In this document: positions 1 to 17,993 of the stretch, one piece after another | Layout: every line of letters starts with the position of its first letter | Numbering within the stretch: the first letter of the stretch is position 1 | Assembly: GCF_009914755.1 (NCBI RefSeq) | Contig: NC_060944.1 | DNA: 64,000 bases | Source: the human T2T-CHM13v2.0 reference genome, Homo sapiens | Direction: 5' to 3' (one strand) | Position numbers and translations under genes: made by a program | Notes under the pieces: model-generated | What the model was told of the DNA's origin: nothing | Seen by the model: only the letters and a program-made list of their open reading frames with translations | Database searches by the model: none

Positions 1-4524
<4,524 letters not shown>

Positions 4525-6393
4525 AAACTCTGTTTTGCTTGTTTCTTTGTTTATGCAATCAGTGTTAAACTGTCCACAGTCTAAAATCATGTATTATATT
4601 ATTTTCAAGCCTTATGGTAATTTCAAGTCAAAAAGTGTACCACAGATGTACAAAAAGTAAAAAGCAAGAAATTAGATTATAATTCAGGAGAAATCACCTT
4701 CACTAAAAGGAAGACAGGAAGAAAGGAAAGAAGGAAGAGAGGACAAAAATCAATCAGAAAACAAATAAAAAATTGCAGGAGTAAGTGCTTATCACTGATA
4801 ACATTGAATTTAAATGAACTGTATACTCCAGTCAAAAGAAAAATAGTGGATGAATGGATAGAGAAGCAGAACAATAATCTGTGACCTACCAAAAAAACAC
4901 ACTTTACCTATAAAGATACATTTAGACTGAAAATAAAAGGATGGAAAAATTATTCCATGCCAATAGAGACCAACAAAAGCAGAAATAGCCATACTTATAC
5001 CAGACAAAAATAGATTTCAACAAAAGACTGTAGGAAGAAATTAAAAGGTCATTATATAATAATAAAGAGATCAATTCATCAAGAGGATATAATAATTGAA
5101 AATATATATGCACCCAACACTAAAGCATCTAGATAAATGAAGCAAGTATTACAAGAGCTAAAGAAAAAGATCTCAATACAATAATGGCTGGACACTTCAA
5201 CACCCCACTTTAGTCATTGGATAGACCTTCCAGACAGAAAATAAACAAAGAAACGTCAGACTTAATCTGTACTATAGAACAAATGAACCTAATAGATATT
5301 TACAGAAAATTTCTTCCAACAGCTGCAGAATACACATTTTTCTCCCCAGCACATGGGTTATTTTAAAGGATAGACCATATGTTAAGTAACAAGTCTAAAA
5401 ACATTCCAAAAAATTGAAGAAATATCAAGCATTTTCTCTGACTACAGGGGATAAAACTAGAAATCAATTAAAAAAGGAATTTAAGAAACTATACAAACAC
5501 ATGGACATTAAACAATATGCTCCTGAATGATTAGTAGGTCAATAAAAAAGTTAAGAAGAAAATAGAAAAATTTCTTGAAACAAATGATAATGGAAACATA
5601 GCATAGAAAATCCTATGCAGTATAGTAAAAGAGGTACTGTTATAAAAGGAAAATTTATAACTGTAAGTGCCTACATAAAAAACAGAAAGACTTCAAATAA
5701 ATAACCTAAAAATACATCTTAATTAATTAGAATAAAAAGACCAAACCTAACCCAAAATTAGAAGAAAAGAAATAGTAAAGATTAGAGCAGAAGTAGATAA
5801 AGTTAAAATGACAAAAATAATGTAAAGAATTAATGAAAGAAAAAGTTGATTTTTTGAAAAGTGAAACAATTGACAAATATTTAAACAGGCTAACTAAAAA
5901 ACAGAAAAGATACAAATTAGTAAAATCAGAGGTGAAAAAGGAGACATTAAAAGTAACACTTCAGAAAAGCAAAGGATCATTAGTGAATACTATCAGCAAT
6001 TGTATGCCAACAAATTAGAAAACCTAGAGGAAATTAATTCTTAGACACACACAACTTACCAAGATTGAACTAGGAAAAAATCTAAAACCTGAACAGACCA
6101 ATAACGATTAACAAAATTAAAACCTTAATAAAAAAGTCTGTAGGACCAGACTGAAAACTAGAGAAGGAAAGAACATTTCCGAACTCATTCTTTGAGGCTA
6201 GTATTACCCTTGATATCAAAACCAGACAAAGACATATTAAAAAAAGCAAACTACAGGCCCATATCTGAGAATATTGGTGCAAAAATTTGCAAAACACCTA
6301 GAAAACTGAATTCAACAATACATAAATAGGTAATTCATAATGACCAAGTGGGATTTATCCCAGGGATGCAAGGATGGTTCAATGTGCAAATCA

Positions 6394-6752
<359 letters not shown>

Positions 6753-7134
6753 ACAGACAAAATCCATATAATCATTTCAATTATGCTAAAAAAGTTTTGA
6801 TAAAATTTAATATTCTTTAATAATAAAAACCCTTTGAAAACTGGGTATGGAATGAACATACCTCAACATAATAAAAGTCATACATGACAGACCCACAGCT
6901 AGTATCACACTAAGTGGGGAAAAACTAAAAGCCTTTCCTCTAAAATCTGGAAGATGACAAGAATGTCCACTTTTACCACTGTTATTCAACATAATGCTGA
7001 AAGTCCTATCTGGAGCAATCAGACAGGAGAAAGCAATAAAATGCATCCCAATTGGAAAAGAAGTCAAATTACCTTTTTTTTTTTTTTTTTGCCAATGTTA
7101 TAATGTTATATTGGAAAAAGTATAAAGACTCCTC

Positions 7135-9391
7135 TGATAAGGTTTGAATGTGTGTCCCCTCCCAAATCTCATATTTAAATATAATTCTCATTGTTGGAGA
7201 TGGGCCTGGTGAAAGGTGATTTAACCATTGGGGTGGATTACTCATAAATGGCTTAGCACCATCCCATTTGGTGCTATCCTCATGATAGTGAGTGAGTTCC
7301 CATAAGATCTGGTTATTTAAAACTGTGTAACAACTCGTCCCTCTGTTTCTTGCTCCTGCTTTTTGCCCTGTGATGTGCAAGATTCTGCTTCAACTTCTGC
7401 CATGACTGTAAACTTCCAGAGACCTCCCCAGAAGCATATTCCAGTACTATGTCTTCTCTAAAGCCTGTAGACAATTTTCTGTAAGACAGAAAAATGAGGG
7501 AAAGTTGAGATTTTCTTAGAGATTGGTTGAATGTCTGTGACCAAAATGCTGATAGTGATCTGGACAGTGAAGGCTGGGCTAAGGAGGTCTCAGATGAAAA
7601 CTAGAAACTTATTGGGACTGAAACAAAAGTCATGCACGTTGTCTTAGCAAAGTGGTTGGCTGAATTTCTGTCATGCTCTAGGGATATATAAAAGTTTGAA
7701 ATTGATGATTTAAGGTTTCTGTTGGAAAAATATCTAAGCAGCAAAGCATTTGTGATATGGACTGGCTGCTTCTAACAACCTATGCTCACATGTTCTAGCA
7801 AAAAAATAAAAATAAAATAAGTAGTAACTTATACTTACACAAGAAGCATAGTGTAAAAGCTTGAAAACTTTGCAGCCTAGTCATGTGGCTGAAATATAAA
7901 AAGCTTTCATGAGAGGAACTCAAGCTGGATATGGGTCAACCACTTGTTAGAGATATTTGTATAACCTAAAAAAAAGCAAGTGTTGATAGCCAAGACAATG
8001 GGAAAGAGGAATTGAAGGCATTTTAGAAATCTAAAAGGCAGCCCCCCCATCACAGGCCCTGAGGCCTAAAAGAAGAGAATAGTTTCTGGGATCAGGTCCA
8101 GGAACTGCTGCCTTGGGTAGCTTTGGAACAAGGCTCCTGCATCCTGGCCACTGCTTCAGCTCCAGGTGTAGGTCAAATTGACCCAGTTACAACTCCAGTC
8201 ACTGCTTCAGAGGGTGCAAGCCATAACCTTGGTAGCTTCCATGTGGTGTTAGGCCTGTGGGTTTCCCAAATGCAAGTAGTTGAGACTTGGGAGCCTCCAC
8301 CTTTATTTCACAGGATGTATGAAAAAGCCAGGATGTGCAGGCAGAAGCATGCTGCAGGGGTGGAGCCCTCATGGAGATCCTCTACTAAAACAATGGAGAA
8401 AAGAAATGTAGGGTGACAGTCCCCAGGCCGTCTCCCCACTGGGTCATGGCCTAGTAGATCTGTGAGGAGAGGATCACTGTCCTCCAGACCCCAGAATGGT
8501 AGATCTAGCTACAGCCTGCACCTTGCACCTTGAAAAGCCAGAGGCACAGAATGCCAGCCCATGAGAGCAGCTGTGGGGGCTGAACCATGCAAAGTCACAA
8601 GGTAGAATCTTCCCAAGGCATTGGCGTGCCCTGGAAATGGAACACAGGGTGAAAAATAATTATTTTAGAGCCTTACAATTGAATAACTGCCCTTCTGGGT
8701 TTCAGAATTTCATGGGTCCTGTGGCCCCTTTCTTTTGGCTGATTTCTTCCTTTTAGAATAGGAGTATTTACCCAATGCCTCTGCCTCATTTGTATCTTGG
8801 AAGAATCTAACTTGTTTTTTATTTTACAGGCTTATAGGAGGAAGAAATTAGCTTTGTCTTAGATGAGACTTTTGACTTTTGAGTTAAGACTGAAACTAGT
8901 TAAGATTTTGGGGATTATTGGGAAGTCATGATTGTATTCTGAAATATGAGAAGGATATGAGATTTGGAATGGCCAGGGGCAAAATGATACAGTTTGGATG
9001 TGTATTCCCACCAAAATCTTATATTGAAATATAATCCTCAATGTTGGAAGTGGGCCTAGAGGGGAGGTGATTGAATCATGAGGGCAAGATTTCCATGAAC
9101 AGTTTGGCATCATTTCCTTTGGTGCCATTCCCACAATAGTAAGTTTTTATCAGAGCTGGTTATCTACAAGTGTGTGTAGCACTTCCCCCCTGCCCTCGCA
9201 CTTACCATGTGATGTGCAAGCACTGGATTTATTTTTCACCTTGTCAATTGTCAGAGGCTTCCCCAGAAGCAGAAGCCAGTGCTATGCTTTCTGTACAGCC
9301 TGTAGAACCATGAACCAATTAAACCTATTTTCTTTATAAATTAACCAGTCACTGATTACTTTTTATAGCAATATGAGAATGGCCTAATACA
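7135..9391 (+). mobile_element. MaLR (MSTA/MSTB-like) LTR-internal-LTR element
   Basis: LTR1 starts TGATAAGGTTTG at 7135 and is 3'-truncated near 7470. MST-type internal region follows. LTR2 8985-9391 ends CTAATACA. Near-TSD TCCTC/TCCAC within the host L1. Confidence 0.88.
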
Positions 9392-9744
9392 TCCACCAAA
9401 AACTATTAGAGGTAATAACTTGAGTCAATTTGCAGAATACAAAATCAACATATACAAATCAGTAGGGTTTCTTTACGCCAACAGTCAACAAACTGAAAAA
9501 GAATTCAAAAATGTAATACTATTTGCAGTAGCCACAAATAAAACAAAATTTGTGGGAATTTACCAAAGAAATAAAAGTTCTCAACAATTAAAACCGTAAA
9601 ACACTGATAAAAGAAATGAAAAAGGACCCAAAAGTTGGAAAGATATTTTTATGTTCATAGATTGGAAGAATCAGTATTTTTTAAAAAATGTCCATACAAT
9701 CCATAGGAATCTATTCATTTCATTCCATCTCTATCAAAATAACA

Positions 9745-10057
9745 GGCCAGGGGCAGTGGCTCATGCCTGTAGTCTCAGCACTTTGGGAGGCCGAATTTTG
9801 TGGATCACGAGGTAAGGAGTTCAAGACCAGCCTGGCCAACTTGGTGAAACCCCACCACTACTAAAAATACAAAAAAATTAGCCAGGCATGGTGGCAGGTG
9901 CCTGTAATCCCAGCTATTCAGGAGGCTGAGGCAAAAAGTTGCTTGAACCCAGGAGGTGGAGGTTACAGTGTGCCGAGATCACATCACTGCACTCCAGTCT
10001 AGGTGACAGAGCAAGACGCCATCTAAAAAAAAAAGAAGAAGAAGAAGAAGAAGAAGA
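9745..10057 (+). mobile_element. AluS with (GAA)n tail
   Basis: Alu dimer; A tail grading into GAA repeats. Confidence 0.95.
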
Positions 10058-10349
10058 CATTCCTCACAGATATAGAAAAAAAATTCTGAAATTTATATGG
10101 AAACATCACAAAGCCAAAGCTATACTGAGTATATAAAACAAAACTGGAGGAATTCCATTACCTGGTTTTAAATTATACTAATTAAAACAACATGACACTA
10201 GCATAAAAACAGACATAAAGACAGATAGAACGAAATAGAGACCTTAGAAAGATACTCATACAGTTAAATTAATTTTCAACAAAAGTGCCAAGAACATACA
10301 ATAAAAAATAAGACAGTTTTTGTAATAAATAGGGCTGGTAAAACTGGCA

Positions 10350-10600
10350 TTCTGTGTGAGGGACAAACATTCAGACCCTCATAGCAGTGTTCTGGAATCC
10401 TATGTGAGGGACAAACCTTCAGACCACAGCAGGAGTGTTCTGGAATCCCCTGTGAGGAACAAACATTCAGACCCTCGTAGCAGTGTTCTGAAATCCTATG
10501 TGACAAACGTTTAGAACCCAGCAACAGTGTTCTGGAGTCCTATGCAAGGGACAAACATTCAGACCCTCATAGCAGTGTTCTGGAATCCTATGGGAGGGAC
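10350..10600. repeat. CER (D22Z3-type) 48-bp satellite mini-array, about 5 units
   Basis: Unit TATGTGAGGGACAAACATTCAGACCCTCATAGCAGTGTTCTGGAATCC. Two variants alternate, giving a 96-bp higher period. One unit has a 4-bp deletion. Confidence 0.88.
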
Positions 10601-11022
10601 AGCTAAATTAATTTTCAATAAAAGTGTCAAGAGCATACAATAAAAAATGAGACAGCTTTTGTAATAAATAGGGCTGGGAAAACTGGCAAGCCATAGGCAG
10701 AAGAATAAAACTAGAACTCTATTTCTTGCCACTTACAAAAATCAAATTAAAATGAATTAAAGACTTAAACCTAACGCCTCAAACCATCAAACTTTTAGAA
10801 AAAAACATTGGGGAAACTCTTTAGGTCATTGATTTGGGCAAAAATTCCTTAAATAATGCCCCAGAAGCACAGACAACCAAAACAAACATGGACAAATAGG
10901 ATTACAGAAAGTCAGAAAGCCTTTTTAAAGTGAAGGAAACAAGAAACAAAGTGAAGAGAAAATCCACAGAATGGGAGAAAATATTTGTAAATTATCCATC
11001 TGAAAAGCAATTAATAGCTACA

Positions 11023-11692
11023 TGATATGGTTAGGATTTGTGTCCCCACCCAAATCTCATATTGAATTGTAATCCCCAGATGTTGAGGGAGAGACTTGGT
11101 AGAAGGTGATTGGATCATGGGGGTGGTTTCCCCCATGCTGTTCTTCTGATAATGAGTGATTTCTCATGAGATCTGATGGTTTTATAAAGGACTCTTCCCC
11201 CTTTGCTTCACATACATGCTCTCTCGCCTGCTGTCATGTAAGAGGTGCCTGCTTCCCCATCTGCCATTATTGTAAGTTTCCTGAGGCCTCCCTGGCCATG
11301 TGGAACTGTGATTTAATTAAACCCATTTCCTTTATAAATTACCCAGTCTTGCCAGGTGTGGTGGCTCATGCCTGTAATCTCACCATTTTGGGAGGCTGAG
11401 GCAGGTGGATCACGAGGCCAGGAGTTCAAGACCAGCCTGGCCATGATGGTGAAACCCCGTCTCCACTAAAAATATAAAAATTAGCCAGGCATGGTGGCAG
11501 GTGTCTGTAATCCCAGCTACTCAGGAGGCTGAGGCAGAGAATTGCTTGAGTCAGGAGGTAGAGGTTGCAGTGAGCCAAGATTGCACCACTGCACTTCAGC
11601 CTGGGCAACAGATCAAGACTTCATCTCAGTAAATAAATAGATAACACAGTCTCAGGTAATTTTTTATAGCAGTGCAGGAACAGACTAATACA
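11023..11692 (+). mobile_element. THE1/MSTA-type solo LTR containing an Alu
   Basis: TGATATGG...CTAATACA termini; exact 5-bp TSD CTACA (11018-11022 and 11693-11697). Confidence 0.92.
11350..11642 (+). mobile_element. AluS nested in the LTR
   Basis: Alu dimer with (TAAA)-like tail. Confidence 0.94.
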
Positions 11693-12735
11693 CTACAATA
11701 TATTGAGTTCAAAAAATTCTACAGAAAAATGTAATAACCCAAATAAAGAGTGGACAAAAAATTTAAATAGACATTTATGAAAAGAAGACATACAAATGTC
11801 AAACAGACAAATGAAAAGGTGCTCCACATTACTGATCATCATAGAAATGCAAATCAAACCCAAAATGAGATATCATTTCACCCCAGTTAAGGTGGCTTTT
11901 ATCCAGAAGTCAGTGAAAAACAAATGCTGGTGATCATGTGGAGTGAAGGGAACCCTTGTACACTGCTGTTGGGAGCACATTTAAGGATAGTTTGGATGTT
12001 CCCAATATAATTAAAAATAGAGCTACTGTATGGTCCAGGAATCCCACTGCTCAGTATATGCCTACAAGAAATAAAATTGGTAAATCAAAGACCTATTGGC
12101 ACTCTCATGTTTGCTACAGCAGGGTTTATAATAGCCAAGATTTGGAAGGAACCTAAATGTCCATCAACAGATGACTGGATAGAGAAAACGTGGTACATAT
12201 ACGCAATGGAATACTATTCAGCTGTAAGAAAGAATGAGAGCCTGTCATTTGCAATAACATAAATGGAACCGAAAGTCTTTATGTTAAGTGAAATGCCAGG
12301 CACAGAAATACAAATGTCACATCGTCTCACTTATTTGTGGGTGCTAAAATTCAAAACAATTGGTGTCATAGAGATAGAGAGTATAAGGATGGTTACCAGA
12401 GGCTGGGAAGGGCAAGGAGGGAACAAGGGGATAGTGGGGATGCTAAATGTGTAAAAAAACAATTGTTAGAAAGAATGAATAAGACAGCATTTGATAGCAC
12501 AACAGGGTGATTATAGTCAAAAATAATTTAATTCCACATTTAAAAAAACTAAAAGAGTATAATTGGATTGTTTATAACACAAGCTATAAATGCTTGAGGG
12601 GACAGATACCACGTTTTTTATTATGTATTACTCATTGCATGACTGCATCAAAGTATGTCATGTACCCCCATAAATATATACACCAACTATGTACCCACAA
12701 AATAAATTAAAAATTGAAATTAAAATTAAAATTAA

Positions 12736-12875
12736 AACCAAAGGGAGGAGAGTATAATGAGGCATGTGTGACCCATGGCTTGAACTAGCTTTTCAGGTTA
12801 ACTTTGGAATGTCCTTATCCAAGAAGAGAGGTCCATTTAGTCAACAGGAGTTTAGAAATTTATTTTTAGTTTATA
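12736..12875. mobile_element. ERV1 (MER4-group) LTR fragment
   Basis: GAACTAGCTTTTCAGGTTAACTTTGGAATG...ATTTATTTTTAGTTTA resembles recalled MER4-group LTR termini. Confidence 0.5.
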
Positions 12876-13198
12876 AATGGAAAAAAGAAGGATTTTTAAT
12901 CCTGAGCCATAGTTCTCAGTCAATCAATCCCTGCAGGGAGCCCTGTTCTTTACTCTGGAGATAAACACTAGTTTTCTTTTCCATGGAATAACACCACATT
13001 TCAAAATGAGGGGAAACATCTTGCAACTAAGAGGTACAGCCTTATTAAATTTGATTTAGTTTCCATTGTAATTAATTTAATCACATGTGTTCTAGAGTTT
13101 GTCCTCAGTCTTCCCCTAGTTTAGGCCCATAATCTGTTGAATTTGCTCAGCTCCCTGCTCAACAGCAGGAAATCAGAATTATTTAAAAACCTCATTGT

Positions 13199-13481
13199 TG
13201 CTGGGAGTGGTGGCTCTTGCCTGTAATCCCAGCAATTTGGGAGGCCAAGGTGGGCAGATCGCTTGTTGTCAGGGGTTCGAGACCAGCCTGGCCAACAGAG
13301 TGAAACCCCATCTCTATTAAAGATACAAATATTAGCTGGGTGTGGTGATTCATGCCTGTAATCCCAGCTACTTGGGAGGCTGAGGCAGGAGAATTGCTTG
13401 AATCCGGGAGGCGCAAGTTTCAGTGAGCCAAGATAGTGCACTGCACTGCAGCCTGGGCAACAGAGCAAGACTCTGCCTCAA

Positions 13482-13532
<51 letters not shown>

Positions 13533-13535
13533 GTA
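13199..13535 (+). mobile_element. AluS with (AAT)n microsatellite tail
   Basis: Alu dimer; AAT run at about 13482-13527. Confidence 0.95.
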
Positions 13536-13825
13536 AGTAAAAATAAAAATTTCATTGTGTTTTAAACAAAATTTCTTTTGAATATCAACTATATCAACTT
13601 GTATATTAACTATAATCATTTTGTTTACTTTATATCCAATCTTGAGAAATCTTTGAGGACTAATTTCACTCTTTACTGCCATTTTGGTAAACATACCAAA
13701 TGCCATCAAACAAAATGCACAAAATTCCTGAGAAATACATTTTCTCCTTGAGGAGTAGACTTGCTGTGTTAGAGGAACTCATGGTTACCTAGCTTCTAGT
13801 TTAATAAACATGACTAGAATATTCT

Positions 13826-14409
13826 TTTTTTTTGTCTTTCTTTTGTATTTTTATTTTTTATTATTGCACACAATTCACGCAGAGATTAAGGAGACTTTTT
13901 TTTTTTTTAAGAAAAGGGGTCTCACTATGTTGCTCAGGCTAGAACTCCTGGGCTCAAGTGATCCTCCTGCCTCAGCCTCCCAAAGTGCTGGGATTACAGG
14001 TGGCAGCCACCACGCCCAGCCCAGTCTTTGCCTTTCTTAATGCTGATTTTTTAAAGAATCCAGGTAGGCCATTTTATAGAATGTCCCTTGCATTTAGGCG
14101 CATCTGATGTTTCCTCATGATTAGATCTGGGTTACATGTGTGAGACAGGAAAACCACAGAAGGGACGCCAGAGACTCAGTGCTTTGGCTGAAGGAAGCCC
14201 ATGCTCTCATGCTTCCTGAAGTTCACGTGCTCAGAGCTCATATGCTCTGAGTGCACTCCACCAAGGCTGGAGTGCAGTGGCACAAACGAGACTCACTGCA
14301 GTCTTGGCCTTCTGAGCACAAGCGATCCTCTCACCTCAGCCTCCTGAATAGCTGGGATTACAGGTGCACACCAACATGCCCGGCTAATTTTTTTTTAAAA
14401 TTATTATTA
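13826..14409 (-). other. Putative SVA 3'-transduced segment (Alu monomer, old L1 3'UTR piece and AluJ right arm)
   Basis: Lies between the SVA 3' end and a poly(T) abutting GAATATTCT (13817-13825), which recurs directly after the SVA hexamer (16121-16129). AATAAA on the minus strand at 13850-13855. Confidence 0.72.
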
Positions 14410-16119
14410 TTTTTTTTATTGATCATTCTTGGGTGTTTCTCGCAGAGGGGGATTTGGCAGGGTCACAGGACAATAGTTGTGGGAAGGTCAGCAGATAAAC
14501 AAGTGAACAAAGGTCTCTGGTTCTCCTAGGCAGAGGACCCCGCGGCCTTCCGCAGTGTTTGGGTCACTGGGTACTTGAGATTAAGGAGTGGTGATGACTC
14601 TTAACGAGCATGCTGCCTTCAAGCATCTGTTTAACAAAGCACACCTTGCACCGCCCTTAATCCATTTAACACTGAGTGGACACAGCACATGTTTCAGAGA
14701 GCACAGGGTTGGGGGTAAGGTCACAGATCAACAGTATCCCAAGGCAGAAGAATTTTTCTTAGTACAGAACAAAATGAAAAGTCTCCCATGTCTACTTCTT
14801 TCTACACAGACACGGCAACCATCAGATTTCTCAATCTTTTCCCCACCTTTCCCCCCTTTCTATTCCACAAAACCGCCATTGTCATCATGGCCGTTCTCAA
14901 TGAGCTGTTGGGTACACCTCTCAGACGGGGTGGTGGCCGGGCAGAGGGGCTCCTCACTTCCCAGTAGGGGCAACTGGGCAGAGGCGCCCCTCACCTCCCG
15001 GATGGGGTGGCTGGCCAGGTGGGGGGCTGACCCCCCCACCTCCCTCCCGTGCGGGGTGGCTGGCCGGGCGGGGGGCTGACCCCCCACCTCCCTCCCGGAC
15101 GGGGCGGCTGGCCGGGCGGGGCGCTGACCCCCCCACCTCCCTCCCGGACGGGGCGGCTGGCCTGGCAGGGGCTGACCCCCACCTCCCTCCCGGACGGGGT
15201 GGCTGCTGGGCGGAGATGCTCCTCACTTCCCAGACGGGGTGGCTGCCGGGCAGAGGGGCTCCTCACTTCTCAGATGGGGCGGCTGCCAGGCGGAGGGTCT
15301 CCTCACTTCTCAGACAGGGTGGCTGGGCAGAGACGCTCCTCACCTCCCAGACGGGGTCACGGCTGGGCAGAGGCGCTCCTCAAATCCCAGACGGGGAGGC
15401 GGGGCAGAGACGCTCCCCACATCTCAGACGATGGGCGGCCGCGCAGAGACGCTCTCCACTTCCTAGATGGGATGGCGGCCGGGAAGAGACGCTCTTCACT
15501 TTCCAGACAGGGCAGCCAGGCAGAGGGGCTCCTCACATCCCAGACGATGGGCGGCCAGGCAGAGATGCTCCTCACTTCCCAGACAGGGTGGCGGCCAGGC
15601 AAAGGCTGCACTCTAGGCACTTTGGGAGGCCAAGGCAGGCAGCTGGGAGGTGGAGGTTGTAGCGAGCCGAGATCATGCCACTGCACTCCAGCCTGGGCAC
15701 CATTGAGCACTGAGTGAACCAGACTCCGTCTGCAATCCTGGCACCTCAGGAGGCCGAGGCTGGCGGATCACTCGCGGTTAGGAGCTGGAGACCAGCCCGG
15801 CCAACACAGCGAAACCCCGTCTCCACCAAAAAAATATGAAAACCAGTCAGGCGTGGCGGCGCGTGCCTGCAATCACAGGCAGTCAGCAGGCTGAGGCAGG
15901 AGAATCAGGCAGGGAGTTGCAGTGAGCCGAGATGGCAGCAGTACAGTCCAGCTTCCGCTCGGCATCAGAGGGAGACCGTGGAAAGAGAGGGAGAGGGAGA
16001 CCGTGGGGAGAGAGGGAGAGGGAGAGGGAGAGGAGGGAGAGGGAGAGGGAGAGGGAGAGGGAGAGGGAGAGGGAGAGGGAGAGGGAGAGGGAGAGGGAGA
16101 GGGAGAGGGAGAGGGAGAG
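14410..16119 (-). mobile_element. SVA retrotransposon, full length
   Basis: (CCCTCT)n hexamer ~15986-16119, Alu-like domain ~15600-15985, GC-rich VNTR ~14925-15600, SINE-R ~14410-14925 ending GATCAATAAA on the minus strand. Confidence 0.97.
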
Positions 16120-16129
16120 CGAATATTCT

Positions 16130-16634
16130 ATCTTAATATGAGTAGATAGGTACTCACAAGGCATCTAGAAGGTTAATGTTCATGGTCTGAAAATAGTCAC
16201 ATTTTTTAACTGGCCACAAATTACAATTGCAGAATATGTGTGATCATACAAGACATCTTCCACCAAGCCTGAAAAATGTATAAATGTCCTAGGAATGCAG
16301 CATTTTTTTGTAAGGATATTATTAATGAGCTAGCTTAGGTCAATGGGTTAATGGTTATTGTTAAAATCAATAGCCCCGACTTTAGTGACTACATCTGCAC
16401 CTTCCAAGTTTAATTATAACTCTTTCTCTTTATAGTTACTTATAAGTAGAGATACTAACAAAAGACAATGCATTCCTGCTCTTGTTTTCTGAGGATGTCC
16501 AACTCTGTAATGGAATAATTTCTAATAAACTTGCTTCTTTCACTGTGCTCTCTGACTCACCTCAAATTTTTTCCTGCACAAGATCTAAGAATCCTAATTT
16601 GTGGTCTGTATCAGGACCCTCTTTTCCAGCAACA
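16130..16634 (+). mobile_element. ERV1 5' LTR (LTR8/MER4-group-like); may continue to the left of the SVA insertion
   Basis: AATAAACTTGCTT poly(A) motif; terminus GGTCTGTATCAGGACCCTCTTTTCCAGCAACA; followed by degenerate PBS-like sequence. Start boundary uncertain. Confidence 0.65.
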
Positions 16635-17993
16635 TCTTTCAGCAACACCGTGAACGGACACCAAGACAAGACCCCCACTCCAAGGAAAACAATCTACACA
16701 GAATCAGTCAGCTGACACCTGGCAAGTGTGCTGTCTTTTAGAATCGTGAAGCCATTCTGGTGGGCAAGAATGATTATCCACTATTATCATACTCAGATTA
16801 GAGGCCAAGCCCACAGGGTTAGAGGCCCTGGGGTATATTGAGAAGAATGGATTTGGCTAAATAAGATGTTTGCCACTTTCTCTTTTTGGACTGTCCACCT
16901 TGTGCTCTCTGTCCCTTACCTGAGTGCTCTACATCTTGTCACCATTCTGCTCACCGCCTCTGTTTTGTAATAGCCTGGAGGCTGCCCCAGGACAGAGGCC
17001 CCAAACAGTTTAGTTTTACTTTCTTCAGCGATCCTCTGACTCTTAACTGACTGCTTGTTTAATTTGCCACTGGTCCAAGTGACACTGAAAAAAAGAATTG
17101 TCTCGGGACCTAGTATTTTTGTACCTTAATTATCAGAAAAGATCAGCAGTAACCTCGCCATCATTATGACTAGAAGTTGAAATGTGGTATTTAAGAGCTC
17201 TACATGATAAGATCAGATATGCCTGTTTAGTGACAGCCTCTTTTATGACAACCCTCTGCAAACAATTACCCTCAAGATGGAGAACATGAGACTTTTTCTT
17301 AACAGTTTTCTCTCATTTCTTAACCATAACGCCATCTTTGATCAGCTGGTATAGGGCAGCTGGACCCTACTTTCTAAACCCAGCATGTCACTTTTTTCCT
17401 GAGAGAGTTTTGTCATTTTTGTCATAGCAGTGTGAAAATGGACTAATACATTACAATATACAAGTTACAGCCTTCCCATTTCCCCTGTTTGATCTGACTC
17501 CTATTTTGCAGCTTAATTTGTTTTATAGAAGAGAAACTAAGAGAGAGGAAATACATTATATACAGGCTTCTCTGATGCTTGGTCAGGATAAAAAATTAAA
17601 ATGGACTTCTATATGTTTGATGCAGGAAAAGATAAAATAGGGACGGCATGTAATTGATTACCCTTTTAATACAAGTGCCTCTTAATATTAGGCTTTTCTT
17701 AGCTGGGGCTGAACTCCCCCTTCCAGTCCAAGCACCCCATAAGAACACAGTTAGACTCCTTCCAGTTCTAGTGAGGTGTGCAACATGTTATTAATTTCTT
17801 CTAGTTTTCCAGGGTTATCTAGTGTCCGGTCATCATCTTCTCCCTGCCCTTCGAGTCCTGTCTTACGTACATACCCCACTCTCGAAACACCCTAGCTTCA
17901 CCAGAACAACATGCAGTGGGGCCTCTTATCAGCTGGCAAAGTTGAATGTTTGCCCTCTCTGGGAAGTGACAGATGATAATAGGGACAGTATAT

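Noticed and set aside
10350-10600. CRISPR-like array
   Set aside because: Contiguous tandem satellite with no unique spacers, in primate DNA with no cas genes
14860-16164. Multiple overlapping ORFs, including poly-ER and poly-SL
   Set aside because: Artefacts of the SVA VNTR and hexamer
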